From the NCBI GenBank assembly GCA_963931275.1, contig OZ006992.1, positions 63,810-127,809 of the forward strand: a stretch of 64,000 nucleotides of DNA, given 5' to 3'. The DNA is from an uncultured Prevotella sp. GTDB lineage: Bacteria > Bacteroidota > Bacteroidia > Bacteroidales > Bacteroidaceae. Shown one piece after another: positions 9,797 to 18,335 of this stretch. Made by a program: the position numbers and the translations under genes. The notes below the pieces were generated by a model. That model was given only the letters and a program-made list of their open reading frames with translations. It did not search any database and had not been told where the DNA came from. The first letter of the stretch is position 1; each line of letters begins with the position of its first letter.

Positions 9797-10699
9797 ATGA
9801 CAATACGAAATTTTGACGATTTAACCAACATGCTCGCCCAGGCGCATGGACGCAAGCGTGTGGTTGTTGCTAACCCGGCCGACTCTCACACGGAATACGT
9901 TGTGGAGCGCGCCCTCAACGAAGGCATCGCCGACTTCATCCTGGTTTGCGTGGAGGAATGCAAGCCTGAGTTCGAGGCTCTGCGCGGCCGTTTCGGCGGA
10001 CATGTAGAGGTCGTTATAGAGCCGACCATCGACGATGCGGCCCGCCGCTCTGTTGCCATTGTCAGGGCAGGCGACGCAGATGTGCTGATGAAAGGCACGA
10101 TGAACACTGACAACCTGCTGCACGCCGTGCTGAACAAAGAGCATGGCATACTTGAGCCGGGGCGCGTGTTGAGCCACGTCACGGTGACCAGCATCCCGGC
10201 ATACGGCAAGCTCGTGGTGTTCTCTGACGCAGCCGTGGTGCCCCGTCCCACGCTCGACCAGTTTGACGCCATACTCGGTTACGCCGTTGACGTCAGCCAC
10301 CGCATCGGCGTGAAGTGCCCAGGCGTGGCCTTGGTCAACTTCACAGAGAAAGTCAACGAGAAGTTCCCACATACCTTATATTATGAAGAGCTGAAGCGTC
10401 GCGCCGCCGAGGGGCGTTACGGCGAGGCGTGTGTCAGCGGTCCGATGGACGTTAAGACGGCTCTTGACTCCGAGAGCGGCAAGATAAAAGGCATCTCGTC
10501 GCCAGTTGTCGGAAACGCCGACGTGCTGATATTCCCCAACATCGAGTCGGGCAACGTGTTCTATAAGACTATCTCCCTGTTTGCCGGGGCTGACATGGCG
10601 GGCATGCTTTGTGGCACTACAGTGCCCGTGGTTGTGGCTTCGCGCGCAGACTCGTGCGAGTCGAAGTTCTACAGCCTCGCCCTCGCATGTGTCGATTAA
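9797..10699 (+). CDS. ptb: phosphate butyryltransferase (phosphate acyltransferase family)
   Basis: 300 aa. RKRVVVANPADSH..., LMKG..NTD, SRADS near the C-terminus. Directly followed by butyrate kinase. Confidence 0.88.
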   Translation: MTIRNFDDLTNMLAQAHGRKRVVVANPADSHTEYVVERALNEGIADFILVCVEECKPEFEALRGRFGGHVEVVIEPTIDDAARRSVAIVRAGDADVLMKGTMNTDNLLHAVLNKEHGILEPGRVLSHVTVTSIPAYGKLVVFSDAAVVPRPTLDQFDAILGYAVDVSHRIGVKCPGVALVNFTEKVNEKFPHTLYYEELKRRAAEGRYGEACVSGPMDVKTALDSESGKIKGISSPVVGNADVLIFPNIESGNVFYKTISLFAGADMAGMLCGTTVPVVVASRADSCESKFYSLALACVD

Positions 10700-10701
10700 G
10701 T

Positions 10702-10801
10702 AATTCATAATTCACGATTCATAATGCATGATTGGGTCGGGTTCAGACAATACGCAGAGGCGTATGCCAAATTGTGAATTATGAATTGTGGATTATGAAT
10801 T
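10702..10801. repeat. periodic-unit hairpin between ptb and buk
   Basis: Arms 10702-10732 and 10770-10801 built from GAATTATGAAT-like units, ~26/31 complementary. Confidence 0.6.
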
Positions 10802-10844
10802 AGCTGTTGTGGCATTATGAATTATGAATAAGAATAAAAAAGAT

Positions 10845-11903
10845 ATGCGAATTTTAGTAATCAACCCAGGTTCTACGTCCACGAAGATTGCCGTCTACGA
10901 GGATGACAAGTCCGTATGGATGACCGGCGCGCACCATCACGTAAGCGAGCTTGCCGCATTCCAGCATATAAGTGACCAGTATGAATACCGCAAGAATTTC
11001 GTCTTGCAGCGTCTTGCCGACGCCGGCATAGACCGCCATTTCGACGCTGTCATCGGGCGCGGCGGCTTGTTGCATCCTCTCGCCGGCGGCGTTTACGTTG
11101 TCAACGACAAGATGAAGCATGACCTGATGCACGCCGAGCGCGAGCATGCATGCAACCTCGGCGCGCTCATCGCGGCCGAAATCGCCGACGAGTGCGGCTG
11201 TCCCGCTTATATCGCCGACCCCGTAGTGGTTGACGAGATGCGCCCCGAGGCTCGTTATACGGGCTTCCCGGGAGTTGACAGGAAGTCGATTTTCCATGCC
11301 CTCAACCAAAAGGCCGTGGCGCGAAAGTACGCCACTTCAGTTGGAAAGAAGTATGAGGACATGCGCCTGATAGTAGCCCACATAGGCGGAGGTATATCCG
11401 TCGGCGCGCACGTTTTGGGCAAGGTGGTTGACGTCAACAACGCCCTTGACGGCGAAGGACCGTTCTCTCCCGAGCGTGCCGGCACCGTTCCGACAGGCCA
11501 GTTGGTTGACATCTGCTTCAGCGGACAGTACACAAAGAAGCAGGTTAAGCAGATGATAAGCGGCAAGGGCGGACTTGCAGCCCTGCTCGGCGAGACAGAC
11601 ATGATAACCATCGACCGCAAGGCCGAGGACGGCGAACATCCTTACAAGGAGGTGATTGACGCCATGATGTACACCATCGCCAAGCAGATAGGGGCTATGT
11701 ACGTAGCCATGGAGGGCAAGGCTGAGGCCATAATCCTGACAGGAGGCATCGCGCACAGTGACTATTGCATGCCTATATTGAGCCGCCAGATTGACTATCT
11801 CGCCCCAGTAGTAATCATGCCGGGCGAGAACGAGATGGGTTCGCTGGCCTACAACGCCCTCGGCGTGCTGCGCGGCGAACTGCCTTTGCTCGAATACGAA
11901 TGA
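10845..11903 (+). CDS. buk: butyrate kinase
   Basis: MRILVINPGSTSTKIAVYEDDK..., HIGGGISVGAH, ILTGGIAHS. Start placed at ATG 10845. Confidence 0.92.
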   Translation: MRILVINPGSTSTKIAVYEDDKSVWMTGAHHHVSELAAFQHISDQYEYRKNFVLQRLADAGIDRHFDAVIGRGGLLHPLAGGVYVVNDKMKHDLMHAEREHACNLGALIAAEIADECGCPAYIADPVVVDEMRPEARYTGFPGVDRKSIFHALNQKAVARKYATSVGKKYEDMRLIVAHIGGGISVGAHVLGKVVDVNNALDGEGPFSPERAGTVPTGQLVDICFSGQYTKKQVKQMISGKGGLAALLGETDMITIDRKAEDGEHPYKEVIDAMMYTIAKQIGAMYVAMEGKAEAIILTGGIAHSDYCMPILSRQIDYLAPVVIMPGENEMGSLAYNALGVLRGELPLLEYE

Positions 11904-11936
11904 TTTTTTGAATTAAGATTGAGGGCATTTTAAGTT

Positions 11937-12024
11937 AAGAATTAAGAGTTAAGGATTAAGAAAACCACCATAGTTAAATCATGGGCAAAGCATGTTTTCT
12001 TAATCCTTAACTCTTAATTCTTAA
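11937..12024. repeat. periodic-unit hairpin, 30-bp perfect stem
   Basis: TAAGAATTAAGAGTTAAGGATTAAGAAAAC (11937-11966) is exactly complementary to 11995-12024. Loop 28 nt. Confidence 0.85.
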
Positions 12025-12215
12025 TTATATTGTCTTTCCCTTGCAGCCGTAATGTAAAAAACGATAGATACCTTTGCCGTAGACTAAATGAGGTATCTGT
12101 ATGTTTGATTTCTTCATAAACGTCATTTCACAGCGGGCCATGCCGGGCTTCACAGTAAGCCGGGCGTGGCCTTTTTGCATGTTTGGCGTTGAGTGGAGCT
12201 TAAAATGTTGACGGT

Positions 12216-13643
12216 ATGAAGGCGAAAGTGTTGTTTGCGTTGCTGCTGTGCGCGGTGTTCATGGGCAGCGGAGTTGCCCGACAGACGGTTTTCAACGTGT
12301 CGGGCAGGGTGGTAGATACGGCCGGGCGGGGCGTAGCGGGCGTCGTTGTGAACAACGGGACGCGCTTCACCACGACCGACGGGGACGGCCGCTGGTCGCT
12401 GATGACCGACACATTGACGAGCAAGTACATATCAATAACCACCCCGGCCGACTTCTGTTTGCCTTCAACCGATGGTCTTGCGTCCGGCTTTTATGTGTCG
12501 GTGGGCGAGGCTCTCGCCGCCGGCGGGCACGACTTCGTGTTGGAGCGGCGCAAGGAAAGGGTTGAGAACTTTTATTACATAGCCATATCAGACCCCCAGG
12601 TGCGCGACGAGAGCGACATGCGCCGGTGGCTCGGCGAGACCATGCCCGACATCCGCCACACAGTGGACTCGCTCAAGCGGCGGCGCGAGGTGGTGGGAAT
12701 CGCGCTGGGAGACATCGTTTTCGACAACATGCTTTTGTTTGATGATTATAGGCAGTCGGTGAGGAACACGGGCATGACCCTTTACCATTGCATAGGCAAC
12801 CACGACTTCGACAAACGTTGGCAAGAGCTGCACAACATGCGGCTTGGCACTCCCGTGTACGCCGAGATGGAGTATAACAAACGGTTCGGCCCGACCGACT
12901 ACTCGTTCAACATGGGCAAGGCGCACGTCGTGACGATGAAAAACATCAACTACGTTGGCAATGGGCAGTACATTGAAAGCATGACTGACCGGCAGATGGA
13001 GTGGCTCGAAAAGGACCTGAGCTACGTGCCGAAAGGCTCTCTTGTCATACTGAACATGCACGCGGCGGGATGGAACACCGTGGCGGGAAGCGGCAACATG
13101 CGCAACGCCAGTAGGTTGGCCGAGGTTCTGAAGGGCTACCGTGTACACGTGTTCTGCGGGCATACGCATTTCTTCCAGAACGTTGAAGTGGCGCAAGAGC
13201 TTTACCAGCACAACATCGGGGCTGCTTGCGGGGCTTGGTGGACGGGGCATATCAACCGCTGCGGCGCGCCCAACGGATACATGATAGTTGACGTCAACGG
13301 CGACGAACTGGCATGGCATTACAAGCCGACGGGCTTCCCTGTGAGCCGACAATTCGACGTCTACGGGCAAGGCCGGTTCCCGACGCAAAAGGATTACGTC
13401 GTGGCCAACGTGTGGGATTATGACCGGAAATGGCGGGTGGAGTGGTTTCAGGACGGGCGGCCGATGGGCGCGATGGAGCGTTTCACCGACGTTGACGGCA
13501 ACTATGCTTCGCGTTTCGCCGAGCGTCAGGCCGATTCAGAGACGCCGCACCTGTTCCGTTGTCGTCCCGAAGGCAAGTATAAGGAGATAAAAGTTGTTGT
13601 CACCAACCGTTTCGGCGAGCGTTATTCAGCCGTGGTGAAATAG
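12216..13643 (+). CDS. secreted calcineurin-like metallophosphoesterase with N-terminal CarboxypepD_reg-like domain
   Basis: Signal peptide. VSGRVVDTAGRGVAGVVV..TDGDGRWSL. Metallophosphatase motifs ISDPQ, GDIVFD, GNHD, NMHA, GHTH. Confidence 0.85.
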   Translation: MKAKVLFALLLCAVFMGSGVARQTVFNVSGRVVDTAGRGVAGVVVNNGTRFTTTDGDGRWSLMTDTLTSKYISITTPADFCLPSTDGLASGFYVSVGEALAAGGHDFVLERRKERVENFYYIAISDPQVRDESDMRRWLGETMPDIRHTVDSLKRRREVVGIALGDIVFDNMLLFDDYRQSVRNTGMTLYHCIGNHDFDKRWQELHNMRLGTPVYAEMEYNKRFGPTDYSFNMGKAHVVTMKNINYVGNGQYIESMTDRQMEWLEKDLSYVPKGSLVILNMHAAGWNTVAGSGNMRNASRLAEVLKGYRVHVFCGHTHFFQNVEVAQELYQHNIGAACGAWWTGHINRCGAPNGYMIVDVNGDELAWHYKPTGFPVSRQFDVYGQGRFPTQKDYVVANVWDYDRKWRVEWFQDGRPMGAMERFTDVDGNYASRFAERQADSETPHLFRCRPEGKYKEIKVVVTNRFGERYSAVVK

Positions 13644-13669
13644 TTTGCATGAATGAGAAAAAGTATTCC

Positions 13670-14020
13670 TCATCGTATTTGTTTTAGTCCGTTTGCTTCA
13701 AGCAACCTGTCAATTTCTGTGGCTGATATGCTTTCGCGTTCGGACTTGTCATAGATATATAGCAGGTTTATTTCCGTTTCGTCAACTGAGGCGACCACTG
13801 TCAATGTAATCACCCTTGCTCCGCCGCTTTTCCCTTTGCCCTTTGAGGCTATGCGCATGCGTATTTTTCTTAGTCCGTTGCCCAAGTCTGTGCCGAGATA
13901 AGGGTTTGCAAGAATGTCGTCTCTCAGCATTTTAAGGTCAGGCACTATTGAGCGGTAACGTTTGCTTAGGCGTTTGACTTCCCTGTCAAACGTAGCCAAA
14001 GACTCAATCCTATACCGCAT
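13670..14020 (-). CDS. type II toxin, RelE/ParE superfamily
   Basis: 116 aa. ...LRKIRMRIASKGKGKSGGARVITL..., typical of RelE/HigB-like toxins. Overlaps the upstream small ORF by 11 nt. Confidence 0.8.
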   Translation of the reverse strand: MRYRIESLATFDREVKRLSKRYRSIVPDLKMLRDDILANPYLGTDLGNGLRKIRMRIASKGKGKSGGARVITLTVVASVDETEINLLYIYDKSERESISATEIDRLLEANGLKQIR

Positions 14021-14240
14021 TTTCCAATTCTTTTATCAGTTCGTCAAGTGGTCTTTTCCTGCCTGCTTTCATGTCTTTTAGGCCAGAGTCGATTCCTGCA
14101 AGGATTTCCTCTTTGCTGATACTGTCTTCTTTTTTGCTTTCCAAGTTCTCGTGCAGTTTTTCCAAAAGCCATTTCTGGTTGTTGACAGATAGGCTCTGGA
14201 TGGTTTGCCACAGACTTTCCAATGATATTGTCGCTTTCAT
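14010..14240 (-). CDS. putative antitoxin partner
   Basis: 76 aa from ATG 14240 (MKATISLESLWQTIQ...). Acidic and helical. Its stop overlaps the toxin start. Confidence 0.65.
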   Translation of the reverse strand: MKATISLESLWQTIQSLSVNNQKWLLEKLHENLESKKEDSISKEEILAGIDSGLKDMKAGRKRPLDELIKELENAV

Positions 14241-14349
14241 TTCCAGTTCCTCCTTTGTTTGTTTCTCAAATGCAAATATACTTATTATTCCTATAAGTTG
14301 CAAGAGTTTTCATGCCAATGAGTGGCTTTTTTGTTGGCAAGGGTTGTCG

Positions 14350-14435
14350 CGCGGTTTTCCGTTTTGTGGCCTTTTGCCGTGCGGAAGGCCGCCTTTTGAG
14401 CGATGAAAGGCCGTCTTTTGCACGATGAAACGCGG
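14350..14435. repeat. REP-like palindromic element
   Basis: GTGGCCTTTTGCCGTGCGGAAGGCCGCCTTTTGAGCGATGAAAGGCCGTCTTTTGCACGATGAAAC. Confidence 0.75.
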
Positions 14436-14589
14436 CATATTGGAAACATGCTGACAGTCAATGCTTTACCGGCGTGCTGACGGCGTGCGCCCGAATGCGT
14501 CGCCGGCGACTGCTTGGTCGGCGGTTTTAATATTCTGTTAAGATTGCTGCTGGCGGCTCGTTTCATTTTCACGGTTCGATGAAATTCTG

Positions 14590-14597
14590 TATTTTTG
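14590..14597 (+). promoter_or_regulatory. Bacteroidetes -7 box TATTTTTG
   Basis: 28 nt upstream of ATG 14625. Confidence 0.55.
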
Positions 14598-14624
14598 CAA
14601 CACAGATTACAAAAAATCATTGTC

Positions 14625-16124
14625 ATGAAAAGAAACTTTTTGTTTGCGAAAGTCCTCTTCCTCGCCGTCGCCTTTGCGTGCCTCGGCTGTGTGGGGGGCG
14701 TGGCGGCTGGTGCTGAAAGGCCTAAGCTGGTAGTCGGAATAGTGGTTGACCAGATGCGTTGGGACTACCTTTACCGTTATTACGACCTCTACGGCGAGGG
14801 CGGTTTCAAGCGTCTGATGGCCGAAGGCTACAATTGCGAGAACACGATGATTAACTATGTGCCCACCGTGACGGGCGTCGGCCACGCCTCTATCTTCACG
14901 GGCAGCGTGCCGGCCATCCACGGCATAGCCGGAAACAACTTCATCAAGGACGGCAAGATGATTTACTGCTGTGACGACTCCGCGGTGAGGGGAGTGGGCA
15001 GCGACACCGACGCGGGCCGCATGTCGCCGCGCAACATGCTGACGACGACCATCGGCGACGAGCTGAAAATCGCCACCGACTTCAAGGCCAAGGTGGTCGG
15101 CGTGTCACTGAAAGACCGTGCCTCAATCCTGCCCGCCGGCCATTCGGCCGATGGTGCTTACTGGATAGACAATTCCACGGGCACGTTCATCACCAGCACT
15201 TATTACATGGAAGAGCTGCCGCAGTGGGTTGTCGCCTTCAACAAGAAGTACGGCGGCAAGAGCGAGAGGGAGATAGGCTATTCAGCTTATGGCAACCTCA
15301 TCACCGCCGAGATGGCCAAGGCCGCCATTGAGGGCGAGGCGTTGGGGCAAGATGCTGTGACCGACTTGCTCACCGTAAGCTTCTCATGCACCGATAAAAT
15401 AGGCCACGAGTATGCCACGCACAGCCCAGAGATACGCGAAATATTCCTCGACCTCGACAAAAAACTGGCTGACTTCTTCACATATCTTGACCAAAAAGTG
15501 GGCAAGGGGCAGTATCTCGTGTTCCTCACGGCTGACCATGGTGCGGCCAACAACGCGCTCATGCTGCGTGAACACGGCATTCCGGCTGGCGGGTTTGTAG
15601 CTTCCGAGGTGAAAAAGGCCCTTGACGACTATCTTAAACAGAAGTTCGGCGTGCAACGCAGCCTCGTGGCAGAGGTTGCCGATTACAAGGTTTTCCTTGA
15701 CCGTGAGGCTGTCAGCGCGCAGTCGTTGCAGTTGGCCGAAGTGAAGGAGGCCGCCATCGACTGGCTGAAGTGTGACCCGCAGTATGCTTACGTGGTTGAC
15801 CTTGAGCATGCGATGGCCGCCACGCTGCCCGCCGTTGTCCGCGAGAGGCTCGTAAACGGTTACCACCGCCTGCGCAGCGGGGACATACAGATTGTGCTTA
15901 ACCCGGCGCATTATGAAGTGGGTTCAAGCGAAATCGGCCGCGGAACGACGCATGGCGTATGGAATCCGTATGACTCGCACATCCCGTTCATCCTCATGGG
16001 GTGGCACGTTAAGCCGGGAGCAACCAATGCAAAGACTACCATCAACGACATCGCCGCCACCGTCTGCGCCATGATTCACGTGCAGATGCCTAACGGATGC
16101 ATAGGCAACGCGGTGGAATTTTAG
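14625..16124 (+). CDS. alkaline phosphatase / nucleotide pyrophosphatase family protein (PafA-like)
   Basis: Signal peptide MKRNFLFAKVLFLAVAFA. VVDQMRWDYLYRY, PTVTGVGHASIFTG, LTADHG. Start placed at ATG 14625. Confidence 0.88.
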   Translation: MKRNFLFAKVLFLAVAFACLGCVGGVAAGAERPKLVVGIVVDQMRWDYLYRYYDLYGEGGFKRLMAEGYNCENTMINYVPTVTGVGHASIFTGSVPAIHGIAGNNFIKDGKMIYCCDDSAVRGVGSDTDAGRMSPRNMLTTTIGDELKIATDFKAKVVGVSLKDRASILPAGHSADGAYWIDNSTGTFITSTYYMEELPQWVVAFNKKYGGKSEREIGYSAYGNLITAEMAKAAIEGEALGQDAVTDLLTVSFSCTDKIGHEYATHSPEIREIFLDLDKKLADFFTYLDQKVGKGQYLVFLTADHGAANNALMLREHGIPAGGFVASEVKKALDDYLKQKFGVQRSLVAEVADYKVFLDREAVSAQSLQLAEVKEAAIDWLKCDPQYAYVVDLEHAMAATLPAVVRERLVNGYHRLRSGDIQIVLNPAHYEVGSSEIGRGTTHGVWNPYDSHIPFILMGWHVKPGATNAKTTINDIAATVCAMIHVQMPNGCIGNAVEF

Positions 16125-16128
16125 TCTG

Positions 16129-16242
16129 GAAGTTATAGAATTTAAAGAAGTTACAGAAGTTAAAGCCATTACCATTAATAAATAATGTGCCATTAATGCA
16201 TTTGGCTTTAACTTCTGTAACTTCTTTAAATTCTATAACTTC
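16129..16242. repeat. periodic-unit hairpin, 39-bp perfect stem (GAAGTTAAAG units)
   Basis: GAAGTTATAGAATTTAAAGAAGTTACAGAAGTTAAAGCC (16129-16167) is exactly complementary to 16204-16242. Loop 36 nt. Confidence 0.9.
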
Positions 16243-16313
16243 TTTTATCCTCTTTCAGTAAATCGTTTTGTTTTATCAGTAAATCGGATACGGCTTTTTT
16301 CTTTGTTTTTGTG

Positions 16314-16321
16314 TAATTTTG
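16314..16321 (+). promoter_or_regulatory. Bacteroidetes -7 box TAATTTTG
   Basis: 32 nt upstream of ATG 16353. Confidence 0.55.
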
Positions 16322-16352
16322 CAACAGGAAACAAAACAAAAGGCATAAAAAT

Positions 16353-17198
16353 ATGAAACTTATAGCAAACACCGAGTTTGGTGGCGAACGCCCGTTGTTC
16401 GCCTCGCACGACCTTCATCTTGACAATGTTACCATCCGTGAGGGCGAGTCGGCCATCAAGGAATGCAGCAACATTGTGGCTACCAACTGCCGCTTTGAGG
16501 GCAATTATCCCTTCTGGCACGTCCACGGCTTCACCATCCAAGACTGTTATTTCGCCGTGGGGGGCCGCTCCGCCCTGTGGTATTCTGACCACTTGAAGAT
16601 GAAAGACACGGTGATTGACGCGCCGAAGATGTTCCGTGAGATGAACGACATCGACATTGAGAACGTCGAGATGAACGATGCTGACGAGGTGTTCTGGCGT
16701 TGCAACCGCATCAACGTCAAGAACCTGAAGCTGCACGGGGGCACTTACCCATTCATGTTCAGCAGCGACATCCGTGTTGACGGCCTTGAGAGTGACAGCA
16801 AGTACGTCTTCCAGTACGTGAAGAACGTTGAAATCCACAACGCCAAAATCACTACGAAAGACGCTTTCTGGGAAGTGGAGAACGTCACGATTTATGACTC
16901 TGAGCTGAACGGAGAGTATCTTGGGTGGCACTCCAAGAACCTGCGTCTCGTGAATTGCCACATCTCCGGCGAGCAGCCTCTTTGCTATGCGCACGACCTT
17001 GTGCTTGAGAACTGCACTTTCGATGCCTCTTGTGACCGTGCGTTCGAGTATTCAACGCTCAACGCCGACATACGTGGAGCTGTAACGAACATCAAGAACC
17101 CCACATCGGGTCGTATCGTGGCAGATTCCATCGGGTCGGTAACGCTTGACGAGAACATCAAGTCTCCCGCCGATTGTGAAATCAAGACAAGGGGTTAG
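16353..17198 (+). CDS. DUF3737-like right-handed beta-helix protein
   Basis: 281 aa with repetitive ...N[VC].[IL].[DN]...G pattern. The antisense 249-aa ORF is judged spurious. Confidence 0.75.
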   Translation: MKLIANTEFGGERPLFASHDLHLDNVTIREGESAIKECSNIVATNCRFEGNYPFWHVHGFTIQDCYFAVGGRSALWYSDHLKMKDTVIDAPKMFREMNDIDIENVEMNDADEVFWRCNRINVKNLKLHGGTYPFMFSSDIRVDGLESDSKYVFQYVKNVEIHNAKITTKDAFWEVENVTIYDSELNGEYLGWHSKNLRLVNCHISGEQPLCYAHDLVLENCTFDASCDRAFEYSTLNADIRGAVTNIKNPTSGRIVADSIGSVTLDENIKSPADCEIKTRG

Positions 17199-17279
17199 AA
17201 ATGTGAAAATGTCCCTCCTGCCGTCACTTACGAGAGTGCCTGAACTGTTTTCTTGGTAATCGGCTCTTCCTTGTTTGAG

Positions 17280-18218
17280 ATGCCGGGAGGAACTTCCCTT
17301 TCTTCAGTAAAGCCTATGGCTGTCGTCATCGCCTACTTTCTCATTTATGTGGTGTGGGGCTCTACCTACTTCTTCATAGGTGTCTGCCTGCGCGACTTGC
17401 CGCCTTTCGTGCTTGGCGCGGCGCGCTTCGGCGTGGCCGGAACACTCCTTTTATTGGTTTGTTGGCGGCGTTGCGAGCGGCTGTTCAACAAGAAGCTGAT
17501 GCTGAAGTCGGCCGTGTGCGGTGTTGTCTTGCTGTTCATCGACCAGGCGGTCATCATGTTCGCCCAGCGGTTTGTCAGCAGCAGCCTGGTCGCGATAATG
17601 GCTTCGTCAACGGCGGTGTGGATTATGCTGCTTGATGTTCCTGCCTGGCGGCGCAATTTCAGGAGCCTTGCCACGGTGGCGGGAGTGATGTTGGGCTTTC
17701 TGGGAGTTGCGCTTCTGTATGTCGAGCAGTTGTTGAGCGAAGCCTCGTCAGGCGCGCACAGCGAGTACGGAGTATTGCTCTTGATGGGCGGATGCGTGTC
17801 ATGGGCGTGCGGAACGCTTTACTCCAAGTACAGCTCCTCAGCCGAAGAGGCGGTCGGCGGGCTTGCCGGCGCGGCGTGGCAGATGGTTGCGGCCAGCGTG
17901 GTTTTTGGCCTTTTCGCCTGTGCCACGGGAAGTTTCGCGGAAGTGAAGCTGTCCGAAGTGTCAACAGGAACATGGCTTTCGCTTGTTTACCTGATAATCT
18001 TCGGCTCGCTGATGGCCTACACCGCATACGTGTGGCTGCTCAAGGTGCGTCCCGCTTCCGAGGTGGCAACCCACGCATACGTCAATCCCGTGGTGGCCGT
18101 AGTTCTCGGGGCGGGGCTTGGAGAAGAGCGTGTCACGGCGGTGCAGCTTGCCGGCCTGGCGGTGATATTGCTCAGCGTGATGCTTGTCAACAGGCGAGGC
18201 AGGCAAGCATGCGGGTGA
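17280..18218 (+). CDS. EamA/DMT family transporter
   Basis: Ten predicted TM segments, two EamA-like halves (WGSTYFFI..., LIIFGSLMAYTAYVWLL). Start uncertain (17253 TTG, 17280 or 17316 ATG). Confidence 0.85.
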   Translation: MPGGTSLSSVKPMAVVIAYFLIYVVWGSTYFFIGVCLRDLPPFVLGAARFGVAGTLLLLVCWRRCERLFNKKLMLKSAVCGVVLLFIDQAVIMFAQRFVSSSLVAIMASSTAVWIMLLDVPAWRRNFRSLATVAGVMLGFLGVALLYVEQLLSEASSGAHSEYGVLLLMGGCVSWACGTLYSKYSSSAEEAVGGLAGAAWQMVAASVVFGLFACATGSFAEVKLSEVSTGTWLSLVYLIIFGSLMAYTAYVWLLKVRPASEVATHAYVNPVVAVVLGAGLGEERVTAVQLAGLAVILLSVMLVNRRGRQACG

Positions 18219-18335
18219 AAACAATGCGAGGTTCTTTACCGTTCGGGCATTGTTTGCCCGTTGTTCTTGGCGCAGGCCGGATGCGCTTGTCGGCTTGCCG
18301 CATGTACATTTGTTCGCTGATTAAAAGAAAACACG

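Noticed and set aside
14291-14626. Small ORFs translated from REP-like elements (14291-14626, 27349-27543, 46004-46255, 51669-51926, 56467-56745, 62304-62564 and others) with recurring ..KGHL..C.R.PF.. peptides
   Set aside because: The recurrence comes from a repeated palindromic DNA unit that is read in several frames and on both strands. The ORFs have no consistent start, length or frame.
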